A stretch of DNA of 64,000 nucleotides from Escherichia coli (lineage in GTDB: Bacteria; Pseudomonadota; Gammaproteobacteria; Enterobacterales; Enterobacteriaceae): the NCBI RefSeq assembly GCF_003334315.1, contig NZ_QOWR01000023.1; one strand, 5' to 3'. Position 1 is the first letter of the stretch. Each line of letters starts with the position of its first letter. A program made the position numbers and the translations under genes. The notes beneath the pieces are model-generated. The model ran no database searches, was not told the DNA's origin, and worked only from the letters and a program-made list of their open reading frames with translations. Positions 38,477-48,639 of the stretch are shown here, piece after piece.

Positions 38477-39465
38477 CTTATCTCCGATGTCAACTTATTG
38501 GTTATTATTTCAAGATTTAAATTTTGAAAAACGGTTTGAGCTGGCAAATCTGCAAGAGACATACTTGTAGAACGACACTCTACTTGATTCTTCCCATACC
38601 CACCAATTAATCCCGGATCGGTTGGTCCATAAACCGTGATATTGGGTCTATCCAGTGCCGCCGTTAAATGGCTTAACCCCGTATCCACCGACACTACAAA
38701 TTTAGCCCCGGCCAGCACGCGGGCAACGCCTTCCAGACTCATCTTCGGCAATACTTCAACATAAGCAAATCCTTCCGCCAGTCGTTTCGCCCGTTCTTCC
38801 TCATGCGGCGCGCCCCACGGAAGTTTAATCCGTATTCCTGAATCAGCCAGTAAACCAATCAATTCTCGCCAGTGTTCTTCCGGCCAGTGTTTATCATCAC
38901 GGGTCGTCGCATGAAGAAATACGGCATATTCGCCAGCATCTGTAGGCAGGTTCGTCAGAAAATGCTGTGCGATAGCATAATCGCCCTGGGTTTGCGGTTT
39001 GCTATAGCCCAAACTTTTGGCAAACAGTTCGCGGGTGCGTTCTACGGCGTGCTGCTGTTTTGCAATATGATGCTTACAATTGTAAAACAGGCTGGCTAAA
39101 GGTTCGCGAGCGGTTTGCCAGTCCAATCCATGCTTTACGCCATGCGCCAGACGTGTCACCAGTGCCGCGCTTTTTACCAGCCCCTGAGCGTCGATAACTG
39201 CGTCATAGTTCTCTGCTTGTAGCGCTTCACGAAACGCTTTGCGTTCAGCTTTTATGGGGGCCGAGAACCAGGCTTTACGCCAGCGACGTATTGCCACAGG
39301 AATAACTCGCTCAACGGCAGCGTGCCAGGAAGGAATCTGTGCGAACCCTTCTTCCACCACCCAGTCAAACTTAATCCCTGGGATTGCCTGCTGGGCATCA
39401 GTGAGTGCGGGCAACGTATGGAGAACATCGCCCATCGACGATGTTTTAACGATCAAAACCCGCAT
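38473..39465 (-). CDS. waaC: LPS heptosyltransferase I WaaC
   Basis: ORF track 330 aa; MRVLIVKTSSMGDVLHTLPALTDA; 4-bp overlap with waaL. Confidence 0.92.
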   Translation of the reverse strand: MRVLIVKTSSMGDVLHTLPALTDAQQAIPGIKFDWVVEEGFAQIPSWHAAVERVIPVAIRRWRKAWFSAPIKAERKAFREALQAENYDAVIDAQGLVKSAALVTRLAHGVKHGLDWQTAREPLASLFYNCKHHIAKQQHAVERTRELFAKSLGYSKPQTQGDYAIAQHFLTNLPTDAGEYAVFLHATTRDDKHWPEEHWRELIGLLADSGIRIKLPWGAPHEEERAKRLAEGFAYVEVLPKMSLEGVARVLAGAKFVVSVDTGLSHLTAALDRPNITVYGPTDPGLIGGYGKNQVECRSTSMSLADLPAQTVFQNLNLEIITNKLTSEIR

Positions 39466-39468
39466 CCG

Positions 39469-40515
39469 TCAGGCTTCCTCTTGTAACAATAGCGCGTTGA
39501 GTTCTTCCAGTACGCGCTGGGGAGTAATGTCGATCAAGCTCTGGTGATAACCCTCCGCAGCGTCACCTTTACGCACTTTGTGATAGCCGGTAATCAGACG
39601 GATCACGCGCGCTTTATGGGATAGCGGCGGTGTGAAGTCCGGGCTACTTGGACCATACAGGGCAACCAGCGGACGATTGAGCGCCGCCGCAACGTGCATC
39701 AGGCCAGAATCGTTAGTGACAATGGCTTTACAGGCTGCAATCAGGATAACCGCTTGATCAAGCTGTGTTTCCCCCGCCAGGTTCCGACACCATGCCTGCT
39801 GCTCGGTATTCAAAGCGGCAAGAATCTCATTGCCCGCTTCATGATCTTTCGCAGAGCCAAACAGAACCACCTGATAACCTTCATCAATCAGCTGCTTTGC
39901 CAGTTCCGCATAGTGGTAGTGTGGCCAGCGTTTTGCCGGACCAAACTCCGCACCCGGGCAAAAGCCAATCATCGGACGTTCTGATGAAAGCGAAAATTGA
40001 TTACAGGTATATGATTTTTCACCTTCGCTCACCTGCAACTGCGGCCATAACAATGGCTGCGGCAGATCTTGTGCTGTGCGCATAATGCCTTTGTCATAGG
40101 CCAGCGCTATATAGCGTTCCACCATTAGCGGCCAGGCTTCTTTATCGAGCACGCGTACATCGTTGAGTAAACCGTAGCGCATCTCGCCGCGCCAGCCGGT
40201 GCGATGAGGAATACCCGCGAAGAAAGGCACTAATGCGGATTTGAAGGAGTTAGGTAAGACGTAGGCGCGGTCGTAGCGCTTTTCACGCAGGCTATGACCC
40301 AGTTTGCGGCGTTCGCCGATTTCCAGCGCTCCGTGACCGAGAGGCATAGGGATAGCTTCGTTAACTTCCGGCATCCGCGATAATAATGGACGGCACCATG
40401 CCGGTGCCATCACATCGATTATCGCCTGGGGATAGCGCGCCTGGAGCGTGCGATAGAGACTTTGCGACATCATCATGTCGCCAACCCAAGACGGGCCGAT
40501 CACCAGTATTTTCAT
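39469..40515 (-). CDS. waaF: LPS heptosyltransferase II WaaF
   Basis: ORF track 348 aa; MKILVIGPSWVGDMMMSQSLYRTL. Confidence 0.94.
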   Translation of the reverse strand: MKILVIGPSWVGDMMMSQSLYRTLQARYPQAIIDVMAPAWCRPLLSRMPEVNEAIPMPLGHGALEIGERRKLGHSLREKRYDRAYVLPNSFKSALVPFFAGIPHRTGWRGEMRYGLLNDVRVLDKEAWPLMVERYIALAYDKGIMRTAQDLPQPLLWPQLQVSEGEKSYTCNQFSLSSERPMIGFCPGAEFGPAKRWPHYHYAELAKQLIDEGYQVVLFGSAKDHEAGNEILAALNTEQQAWCRNLAGETQLDQAVILIAACKAIVTNDSGLMHVAAALNRPLVALYGPSSPDFTPPLSHKARVIRLITGYHKVRKGDAAEGYHQSLIDITPQRVLEELNALLLQEEA

Positions 40516-40524
40516 GCAGAGCTC

Positions 40525-41457
40525 TTATGCGTCGCGATTCAGCCAGGCCATGTATTCCGTTACACCTTCAGCAACGGTTTTGAACGGTTTGTCGTAACCC
40601 GCCGCGCGCAGATTTGTCAGATCTGCCTGAGTGAACGCCTGATAGCGGCCTTTCAGTTTATCCGGGAACGGAATGTATTCGATCTGGCCTTTCTTGTGAT
40701 AAGCCAGCGTAGCATCTGCTACTGCCTGGAAGGATTCTGCACGACCGGTGCCGAGGTTGAAGATACCGGAAACGCCATTTTCCAGGAACCACAGGTTTAC
40801 ATCTGCCACGTCGCCCACATAGACGAAGTCACGTTTGAAGTTCTCGCTACCTTCGAACAGCTTCGGTGATTCACCGTTATTAAGCTGGGTGTTGAGATGG
40901 AAAGCGACGCTCGCCATGCTGCCTTTATGGCCTTCACGCGGTCCATAAACGTTGAAATAGCGGAAGCCAACAATCTGCGAGTTAGCTTCAGGCAGGATTT
41001 GGCGAACATATTCATCAAACAGGAATTTTGAGTAACCGTAGACGTTCAACGGTTTTTCGTACTCGCGGGATTCAATAAAGTCGGAGGTGCGTCCGCCGTA
41101 GGTGGCTGCGGAAGAGGCATACAGGAACGGGATTTTGCGCTCCAGGCAGTAGTGCAGCAGCTCCTTGGAGTATTGATAGTTGTTATCCATCATATACTTG
41201 CCGTCCCACTCGGTGGTGGAAGAGCACGCGCCTTCGTGGAAAATCGCTTCGACATCGCCGAACTCTTCGCCAGCCATAATCTGGATCAGGAAGTCTTCCT
41301 TATCCATATAGTCTGCGATATTCAGATCCACCAGGTTCACAAACTTGGTGCCGTCTTTCAGGTTGTCCACCACCAGAATATCGGTGATGCCTTTATCATT
41401 CAGGGCTTTAACGATGTTGCTGCCGATAAAGCCCGCGCCGCCGGTAACGATGATCAT
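40525..41457 (-). CDS. hldD: ADP-L-glycero-D-manno-heptose 6-epimerase HldD (RfaD)
   Basis: ORF track 310 aa; [23 protein letters not shown] Rossmann N-terminus. Confidence 0.96.
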   Translation of the reverse strand: MIIVTGGAGFIGSNIVKALNDKGITDILVVDNLKDGTKFVNLVDLNIADYMDKEDFLIQIMAGEEFGDVEAIFHEGACSSTTEWDGKYMMDNNYQYSKELLHYCLERKIPFLYASSAATYGGRTSDFIESREYEKPLNVYGYSKFLFDEYVRQILPEANSQIVGFRYFNVYGPREGHKGSMASVAFHLNTQLNNGESPKLFEGSENFKRDFVYVGDVADVNLWFLENGVSGIFNLGTGRAESFQAVADATLAYHKKGQIEYIPFPDKLKGRYQAFTQADLTNLRAAGYDKPFKTVAEGVTEYMAWLNRDA

Positions 41458-41760
41458 AACTGTAACCTTCGAATTATGGAGTCAGAGACAATCTCAGACA
41501 CGAATGTCTGTAATCATACCATCACATCCGAATCCCTTCAGCCCTTTACATAGAGGTGCAAGGATGCTAATTGCAACAAACTAGTTTGGGTTTTAGCTAG
41601 TCCTTCATGGCGGATGTTGGTTTTGCATGTGAATAGTGCTTTAGTATCAATATTCCGATGTATGATAAATAACGGAAGCATTTGAATGGATAATATACAG
41701 TATACATTCTATTAATATTTATGATATAATTCTTTTTTTATATTAATGGTCTTATTAGTA

Positions 41761-42618
41761 ATGAAATCATCCACCACAATTATCACTGCATATTTTGACA
41801 TTGGTAGAGGGGATTGGACTGCTAATAAAGGGTTCCGTGAAAAACTAGCTCGTTCAGTTGATGTTTATTTTAGTTACTTTGAGCGTCTGGCCGCACTTGA
41901 AAATGAGATGATTATTTTCACTTCTCCCGATTTGAAACCAAGGGTTGAAGCGATTCGCAACGGAAAACCAACAACGGTTATCGTTATCGATATAAAAAAG
42001 AAATTTAGATATATCAGAAGTCGTATCGAAAAAATTCAAAAAGATGAGTCGTTTACAAATAGACTTGAGCCTCGACAATTAAAAAACCCAGAGTACTGGT
42101 CACCAGAGTATGTTTTGGTATGTAACCTTAAGGCCTATTTTGTAAATAAAGCTATCAACATGGGTTTAGTGAAAACGCCTCTTGTTGCGTGGATAGATTT
42201 TGGCTATTGCCGTAAGCCAAATGTAACTCGAGGATTGAAAATTTGGGATTTCCCATTTGATGAAAATAAGATGCATCTTTTCACTATAAAAAAAGGGCTT
42301 ACTGTTACATCTCAACAACAGGCTTTTGATTTCATGATTGGCAATCATGTATATATTATTGGGGGCGCAATTGTTGGTTCACAGCATAAATGGAAAGAAT
42401 TCTATAAATTAGTTCTGGAAAGTCAAAAAATAACACTAAACAATAACATTGTGGACGATGACCAGGGCATTTTTGTCATGTGCTATTACAAACGCCCCGA
42501 TCTCTTCAACCTAAACTATCTGGGGAGAGGAAAATGGTTCGATTTGTTTCGCTGCTTCAGGAGTAACACTTTAGGGGCAAAAATGCAGGCGCTGAGAATT
42601 TTCCTTTCAAGAAAATAG
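41761..42618 (+). CDS. htrL: HtrL (YibB) protein, LPS-associated
   Basis: ORF track; MKSSTTIITAYFDIGRGDW start at ATG 41761; AT-rich; divergent from hldD. Confidence 0.85.
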   Translation: MKSSTTIITAYFDIGRGDWTANKGFREKLARSVDVYFSYFERLAALENEMIIFTSPDLKPRVEAIRNGKPTTVIVIDIKKKFRYIRSRIEKIQKDESFTNRLEPRQLKNPEYWSPEYVLVCNLKAYFVNKAINMGLVKTPLVAWIDFGYCRKPNVTRGLKIWDFPFDENKMHLFTIKKGLTVTSQQQAFDFMIGNHVYIIGGAIVGSQHKWKEFYKLVLESQKITLNNNIVDDDQGIFVMCYYKRPDLFNLNYLGRGKWFDLFRCFRSNTLGAKMQALRIFLSRK

Positions 42619-42663
42619 GTTTCCCTCCATTAGTGGGTAGCGTTTTGATACCAACTGAGATAG

Positions 42664-42696
42664 GAAAAATGATGCTTTGGCATCATTTTTTCTTTT
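42664..42696 (+). terminator. rho-independent terminator after htrL
   Basis: Perfect 7-bp stem ATGATGC-tttg-GCATCAT followed by TTTTTTCTTTTT. Confidence 0.75.
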
Positions 42697-42892
42697 TATA
42701 TCAATGCAGTAAAATCAATCATCATTATGCCCAGCCAAAACTGTACAGTTTTTCTACTATCTGTAGGTGTTGAGAGACATCAAGTTACACGTTATTTATC
42801 CTGAATTTTGCAGAAGTGTTAACGCGTTATCTCGTCGCGACCTATAAGTTTGGGTAATATGTGCTGGAATTTGCCCTGTCTGGAGAATCGCA

Positions 42893-44089
42893 ATGCGTGG
42901 AGAATTTTATCAGCAGTTAACCAACGATCTGGAAACCGCACGGGCGGAAGGGTTGTTTAAAGAAGAGCGCATTATTACGTCTGCGCAGCAAGCAGATATC
43001 ACTGTGGCTGATGGAAGCCACGTCATTAACTTTTGTGCCAACAACTATCTCGGGCTGGCGAATCATCCTGATCTGATTGCGGCGGCAAAGGCGGGAATGG
43101 ATTCTCACGGTTTCGGCATGGCTTCGGTGCGTTTTATTTGCGGCACTCAGGACAGCCATAAAGAGCTTGAACAAAAACTGGCGGCCTTCCTGGGGATGGA
43201 AGATGCGATTCTCTACTCTTCCTGCTTTGATGCTAACGGTGGCCTGTTTGAAACGCTTCTGGGTGCGGAAGACGCCATTATCTCCGACGCACTGAACCAC
43301 GCGTCTATTATTGATGGTGTGCGTCTGTGCAAAGCTAAACGCTATCGCTATGCCAACAACGATATGCAGGAGCTGGAAGCACGTCTGAAAGAAGCGCGTG
43401 AAGCCGGTGCGCGTCATGTGCTGATTGCCACCGATGGTGTGTTCTCAATGGACGGCGTGATTGCCAACCTGAAGGGCGTTTGCGATCTGGCAGATAAATA
43501 TGATGCCCTGGTGATGGTAGACGACTCCCACGCGGTCGGTTTTGTCGGTGAAAATGGTCGTGGTTCCCATGAATACTGCGATGTGATGGGCCGGGTCGAT
43601 ATTATCACCGGTACGCTTGGTAAAGCGCTGGGCGGGGCTTCTGGTGGTTATACTGCGGCGCGCAAAGAAGTGGTTGAGTGGCTGCGCCAGCGTTCTCGTC
43701 CGTATCTGTTCTCCAACTCGCTGGCACCGGCCATTGTTGCCGCATCCATCAAAGTACTGGAGATGGTCGAAGCGGGCAGCGAACTGCGTGACCGTCTGTG
43801 GGCGAACGCGCGTCAGTTCCGTGAGCAAATGTCGGCGGCGGGCTTTACCCTGGCGGGAGCCGATCACGCCATTATTCCGGTCATGCTTGGTGATGCGGTA
43901 GTGGCGCAGAAATTTGCCCGTGAGCTGCAAAAAGAGGGCATTTACGTTACCGGTTTCTTCTATCCGGTCGTTCCGAAAGGTCAGGCGCGTATTCGTACCC
44001 AGATGTCTGCGGCGCATACCCCTGAGCAAATTACGCGTGCAGTAGAAGCATTTACGCGTATTGGTAAACAACTGGGCGTTATCGCCTGA
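42893..44089 (+). CDS. kbl: 2-amino-3-ketobutyrate CoA ligase (glycine C-acetyltransferase)
   Basis: ORF track 398 aa; [28 protein letters not shown]. Confidence 0.96.
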   Translation: MRGEFYQQLTNDLETARAEGLFKEERIITSAQQADITVADGSHVINFCANNYLGLANHPDLIAAAKAGMDSHGFGMASVRFICGTQDSHKELEQKLAAFLGMEDAILYSSCFDANGGLFETLLGAEDAIISDALNHASIIDGVRLCKAKRYRYANNDMQELEARLKEAREAGARHVLIATDGVFSMDGVIANLKGVCDLADKYDALVMVDDSHAVGFVGENGRGSHEYCDVMGRVDIITGTLGKALGGASGGYTAARKEVVEWLRQRSRPYLFSNSLAPAIVAASIKVLEMVEAGSELRDRLWANARQFREQMSAAGFTLAGADHAIIPVMLGDAVVAQKFARELQKEGIYVTGFFYPVVPKGQARIRTQMSAAHTPEQITRAVEAFTRIGKQLGVIA

Positions 44090-44098
44090 GGATGTGAG

Positions 44099-45124
44099 AT
44101 GAAAGCGTTATCCAAACTGAAAGCGGAAGAGGGCATCTGGATGACCGACGTTCCTGTACCGGAACTCGGGCATAACGATCTGCTGATTAAAATCCGTAAA
44201 ACAGCCATCTGCGGGACTGACGTTCACATCTATAACTGGGATGAGTGGTCGCAAAAAACCATCCCGGTGCCGATGGTCGTGGGCCATGAATATGTCGGTG
44301 AAGTGGTAGGTATTGGTCAGGAAGTGAAAGGCTTCAAGATCGGCGATCGCGTTTCTGGCGAAGGCCATATCACCTGTGGTCATTGCCGCAACTGTCGTGG
44401 TGGTCGTACCCATTTGTGCCGCAACACGATAGGCGTTGGTGTTAATCGCCCGGGCTGCTTTGCCGAATATCTGGTGATCCCGGCATTCAACGCCTTCAAA
44501 ATCCCCGACAATATTTCCGATGACTTAGCCGCAATTTTTGATCCCTTCGGTAACGCCGTGCATACCGCGCTGTCGTTTGATCTGGTGGGCGAAGATGTGC
44601 TGGTTTCTGGTGCAGGCCCGATTGGTATTATGGCAGCGGCGGTGGCGAAACACGTTGGTGCACGCAATGTGGTGATCACTGATGTTAACGAATACCGCCT
44701 TGAGCTGGCGCGCAAAATGGGTATCACCCGTGCGGTTAACGTCGCGAAAGAAAACCTTAATGATGTGATGGCTGAACTGGGCATGACCGAAGGCTTTGAT
44801 GTCGGTCTGGAAATGTCCGGCGCGCCGCCAGCGTTTCGTACCATGCTCGATACCATGAACCACGGCGGTCGTATTGCGATGCTGGGTATTCCACCGTCTG
44901 ACATGTCTATCGACTGGACCAAAGTGATCTTTAAAGGCTTGTTCATTAAAGGCATTTACGGTCGTGAGATGTTTGAAACCTGGTACAAGATGGCGGCGCT
45001 GATTCAGTCTGGCCTCGATCTCTCGCCGATCATTACCCATCGTTTCTCTATCGATGATTTCCAGAAGGGCTTTGACGCCATGCGTTCGGGCCAGTCCGGG
45101 AAAGTTATTCTGAGCTGGGATTAA
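44099..45124 (+). CDS. tdh: L-threonine 3-dehydrogenase
   Basis: ORF track 341 aa; [32 protein letters not shown]; zinc-ADH motifs. Confidence 0.96.
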   Translation: MKALSKLKAEEGIWMTDVPVPELGHNDLLIKIRKTAICGTDVHIYNWDEWSQKTIPVPMVVGHEYVGEVVGIGQEVKGFKIGDRVSGEGHITCGHCRNCRGGRTHLCRNTIGVGVNRPGCFAEYLVIPAFNAFKIPDNISDDLAAIFDPFGNAVHTALSFDLVGEDVLVSGAGPIGIMAAAVAKHVGARNVVITDVNEYRLELARKMGITRAVNVAKENLNDVMAELGMTEGFDVGLEMSGAPPAFRTMLDTMNHGGRIAMLGIPPSDMSIDWTKVIFKGLFIKGIYGREMFETWYKMAALIQSGLDLSPIITHRFSIDDFQKGFDAMRSGQSGKVILSWD

Positions 45125-45127
45125 CAC

Positions 45128-45156
45128 GAAAAAGGGCTGGTATTCCAGCCCTTTTG
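45128..45156 (+). terminator. rho-independent terminator after tdh
   Basis: Hairpin GGGCTGG-tatt-CCAGCCC followed by TTTTG. Confidence 0.75.
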
Positions 45157-45362
45157 CCTGAGGATAATCCGTTAAATATGTAAAATCCTGTCAGTGTAAT
45201 AAAGATATCGTAATTGCGCTGATCTCTTATATAGCTGCTCTCATTATCTCTCTACCCTGAAGTGACTCTCTCACCTGTAAAAATAATATCTCACAGGCTT
45301 AATAGTTTCTTAATACAAAGCCTGTAAAACGTCAGGATAACTTCAGAGGTCGTCGGTAATTT

Positions 45363-46397
45363 ATGATGAACAGCACCAATAAACTTAGTGTTATTATTCC
45401 GTTATATAATGCGGGCGATGATTTCCGCACTTGTATGGAATCTTTAATTACGCAAACCTGGACTGCTCTGGAAATCATTATTATTAACGATGGTTCAACG
45501 GATAATTCTGTTGAAATAGCAAAGCATTACGCAGAAAACTATCCGCACGTTCGTTTGTTGCATCAGGCGAATGCTGGCGCATCGGTGGCGCGTAATCGTG
45601 GGATCGAGGTGGCAACGGGCAAATATGTCGCTTTTGTCGATGCTGACGATGAAGTCTATCCCACCATGTACGAAACGCTGATGACCATGGCGTTAGAGGA
45701 CGACCTCGATGTAGCGCAGTGCAACGCTGACTGGTGTTTTCGTGAAACGGGAGAAACCTGGCAATCCATCCCCAGCGATCGCCTTCGCTCAACCGGCGTA
45801 TTAACCGGCCCGGACTGGCTGCGGATGGGGCTTTCTTCGCGCCGTTGGACTCACGTTGTCTGGATGGGGGTTTATCGCCGCGATGTTATTGTTAAAAATA
45901 ACATTAAATTTATTGCCGGATTACATCATCAGGATATTGTCTGGACAACAGAATTCATGTTTAACGCTTTGCGTGCGCGATATACCGAGCAATCGTTATA
46001 TAAATATTATCTGCATAATACGTCAGTGAGTCGGTTGCATAGACAAGGGAATAAAAACCTTAATTATCAACGTCACTATATTAAGATTACCCGCCTGCTG
46101 GAGAAATTAAATCGAAATTATGCCGACAAAATTACGATTTATCCGGAATTTCATCAGCAAATAACTTACGAAGCATTGCGTGTTTGCCATGCGGTGCGCA
46201 AAGAGCCGGATATTCTTACCCGCCAACGGATGATTGCCGAGATATTTACTTCCGGTATGTATAAGCGCCTGATTACCAATGTGCGCAGCGTGAAGGTGGG
46301 TTACCAGGCGTTACTGTGGTCTTTCCGCTTATGGCAATGGCGCGACAAAACGCGGTCGCACCATCGCATTACGCGTAGCGCCTTTAATTTGCACTAG
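45363..46397 (+). CDS. waaH: GT2-family glycosyltransferase YibD (WaaH)
   Basis: ORF track 344 aa; GT2 N-terminus LSVIIPLYNAGDDF and DAD motif (VDADDEV). Confidence 0.88.
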   Translation: MMNSTNKLSVIIPLYNAGDDFRTCMESLITQTWTALEIIIINDGSTDNSVEIAKHYAENYPHVRLLHQANAGASVARNRGIEVATGKYVAFVDADDEVYPTMYETLMTMALEDDLDVAQCNADWCFRETGETWQSIPSDRLRSTGVLTGPDWLRMGLSSRRWTHVVWMGVYRRDVIVKNNIKFIAGLHHQDIVWTTEFMFNALRARYTEQSLYKYYLHNTSVSRLHRQGNKNLNYQRHYIKITRLLEKLNRNYADKITIYPEFHQQITYEALRVCHAVRKEPDILTRQRMIAEIFTSGMYKRLITNVRSVKVGYQALLWSFRLWQWRDKTRSHHRITRSAFNLH

Positions 46398-47343
46398 CGT
46401 TAAGTTTTGCCGCTTCGGGCTGCTTGCCCCAGCCTTGCCACTGATGCTGGAAGTAAACGATCAGCGTGCTCTGGCTGATGCTTTCGCTTAATACTTCAAA
46501 GAAGCGATTAGCATAAACAGGTTCTATCGGTTTCTTCGGTTTGCACAGCTTCACGCCACGGAACGGATTACGCGGTGCATCAGGCACAGCGTTTTTCGGC
46601 GGTGTAGAAGTATCAACCTGCGGTTCATTCAGCAAGCTGCTGGCTTTCACCAGCGTAATGTCTGGCGGCAGGTTATAAACCATCTGTTGCAACACGCGTA
46701 CCGTTGCAGGGTGAGGATGCCCAATGGCAATGGTCGAACCGTTGCGACGCGCCAGGTCAATTGCGCGATTAAATTGCACACGGATGTCCGCTTCATTTTG
46801 CGAATCGTCGAGGAATACCTTCCGTTTGATCACCTTCACGCCAGTGCCTTGCGCGGCGCGCATCGCCTGGGTATTACCGATGGTTACGCTGTCGAGGAAG
46901 TAAAGATTGTAACGCTCCAGCGCCTGCATCACTTTCTGCATACCAAACAGGTTAGAGGTCATCTTGCTGCCCATGTGGTTGTTGATCCCCACGGCATAGG
47001 GCACGTTATTGACCGCACTACGAATAATGCGCTCAATTTCGTCGCTGCTCATCTCCGGGCGTAGCGTATTTTTCTCCAGCGGCTGTTTACTCAACGGTGC
47101 CATCGGGAGATGAATCAACACTTCGTGCCCGCTGTTATGCGCTTTGGTCGCCATCTCTCTGGCGTGCGGTGAATCGGGTAATACAGCGACGGAGATAGCG
47201 GAAGGCATCGCCAGCACCTGGTTTTCGTTGTGCGGGCGATACCCAAAATCATCAATGACGATGGCAAGTTTGCCAGCAAGTACGGGGGAGGAGAGCGCCA
47301 ACAGAGCGGCAAATGCAAGAACGTTACGACGAAATGGAAACAA
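46384..47343 (-). CDS. yibQ: divergent polysaccharide deacetylase family protein YibQ
   Basis: ORF track 319 aa; signal peptide MFPFRRNVLAFAALLALSSPVLA; downstream of envC. Confidence 0.85.
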   Translation of the reverse strand: MFPFRRNVLAFAALLALSSPVLAGKLAIVIDDFGYRPHNENQVLAMPSAISVAVLPDSPHAREMATKAHNSGHEVLIHLPMAPLSKQPLEKNTLRPEMSSDEIERIIRSAVNNVPYAVGINNHMGSKMTSNLFGMQKVMQALERYNLYFLDSVTIGNTQAMRAAQGTGVKVIKRKVFLDDSQNEADIRVQFNRAIDLARRNGSTIAIGHPHPATVRVLQQMVYNLPPDITLVKASSLLNEPQVDTSTPPKNAVPDAPRNPFRGVKLCKPKKPIEPVYANRFFEVLSESISQSTLIVYFQHQWQGWGKQPEAAKLNASAN

Positions 47344-47346
47344 AAC

Positions 47347-48606
47347 TTATCTTCCCAACCACGGCTGTGGATTGACCGCCTGACCCTGGCGGCGAATTTC
47401 GAAATAGAGTGAAGGCCGACCCTGACCGCCACTGCTGCCCACCAGTGCAATCGGCTGGCCCGCGCGAACCTGCGAACCAACGCTCACCAGTGCGCTCTGA
47501 TTATAGCCGTAAAGACTCATGTCGCCTTTACCATGCTCAACCACCACCACCAGACCGTAGCCTTGCAGCCAGTCAGCCAGAATCACCCGACCGTCGGCAA
47601 TCGCTTTAACTTCAGTACCTTCAGAAGCACCGATAACCATACCTTTCCAGCGTAATTCACCCTGTAGCTGTTCGCCATAGCGATGCAGCGTCGGCCCGCG
47701 AACCGGCCAGAATGCCTGACCACGCGGCGCGCCCAGACCACCGGTACGGGACATCAGCGATTTTTCGCTTTCGGTCGGTTTGTAGGTGGTGCCTTTGCGC
47801 GTCGCTTCTTTCTGGCGGTCGCGAACCGCCTGGGCCTCACGTGCTTCTCGTTCTGCACGCGCTTTCGCCGCGGCTTCCGCACGGGCAATGCTGTTACGCA
47901 GACGGGATTCGTTGGCGCGCAGCTCGCTCAACTGTTGCTGACCTTGCTGGATGGAAGACTCCAGCCCTGCCAGCGTCTTTTTACGCTCGTTCAGCGCCTG
48001 AGTCAGTTTCGCCTGTTGGGCGCGCTGCTCATATAACAGCGTTTGTTGCTCGCTCTGTTTCTCTTCCAGTTCAGCACGCTGCATGGCGACTTCTTCACGC
48101 GTTTGCTTCAACTGGGCAATGGTTTCTTGTCGCGCCTGGTTGAGATAGCCGAAATAAGCCTGTAAACGCTGTCCACGCTGGCTTTCTTCACCGCTGAGAA
48201 TCAGCTGAATACCGGTATGCTCGCCCTGACGGAATGCGGCATCCAGTTGTGCGGCGAGGCTGCGCTCCTGGGCGGCTTTTTGCTGCTCCAGTTTGGCAAT
48301 CGACGCGTTCATCTCATCAATCTGTTTATTGAGTTGATTGAGCGTGTTTTGCGTTTCGCGCAGCTTACGGGTGGCTTCAGAGATCGCTTCTTCCTGCTTT
48401 TTCAATTGTGCGAGCAGGCTTGCGCGTTGTTGTTGCTTTTGGCGTACCGCGCGCTCTTTTGCGGCGATGTCAGCCTGAATAGATTTGAGTTGGTCACGCT
48501 CATCCGCGTGGGCGGAAAAGGCGCACAACAATACGCCAGCGCTAAGAACGCTGGCGTAGATGATGGGCCTGATTGCAAACCTGCGCGGTTTCACGGCCCG
48601 TGTCAT
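47347..48606 (-). CDS. envC: murein hydrolase activator EnvC (LytM/M23 domain, coiled coil)
   Basis: ORF track; N-terminus MTRAVKPRRFAIRP; long coiled-coil region, C-terminal M23 domain. Confidence 0.92.
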   Translation of the reverse strand: MTRAVKPRRFAIRPIIYASVLSAGVLLCAFSAHADERDQLKSIQADIAAKERAVRQKQQQRASLLAQLKKQEEAISEATRKLRETQNTLNQLNKQIDEMNASIAKLEQQKAAQERSLAAQLDAAFRQGEHTGIQLILSGEESQRGQRLQAYFGYLNQARQETIAQLKQTREEVAMQRAELEEKQSEQQTLLYEQRAQQAKLTQALNERKKTLAGLESSIQQGQQQLSELRANESRLRNSIARAEAAAKARAEREAREAQAVRDRQKEATRKGTTYKPTESEKSLMSRTGGLGAPRGQAFWPVRGPTLHRYGEQLQGELRWKGMVIGASEGTEVKAIADGRVILADWLQGYGLVVVVEHGKGDMSLYGYNQSALVSVGSQVRAGQPIALVGSSGGQGRPSLYFEIRRQGQAVNPQPWLGR

Positions 48607-48639
48607 GGTATTAATCGCCTTTCCCCTCATGGGGAGGGA

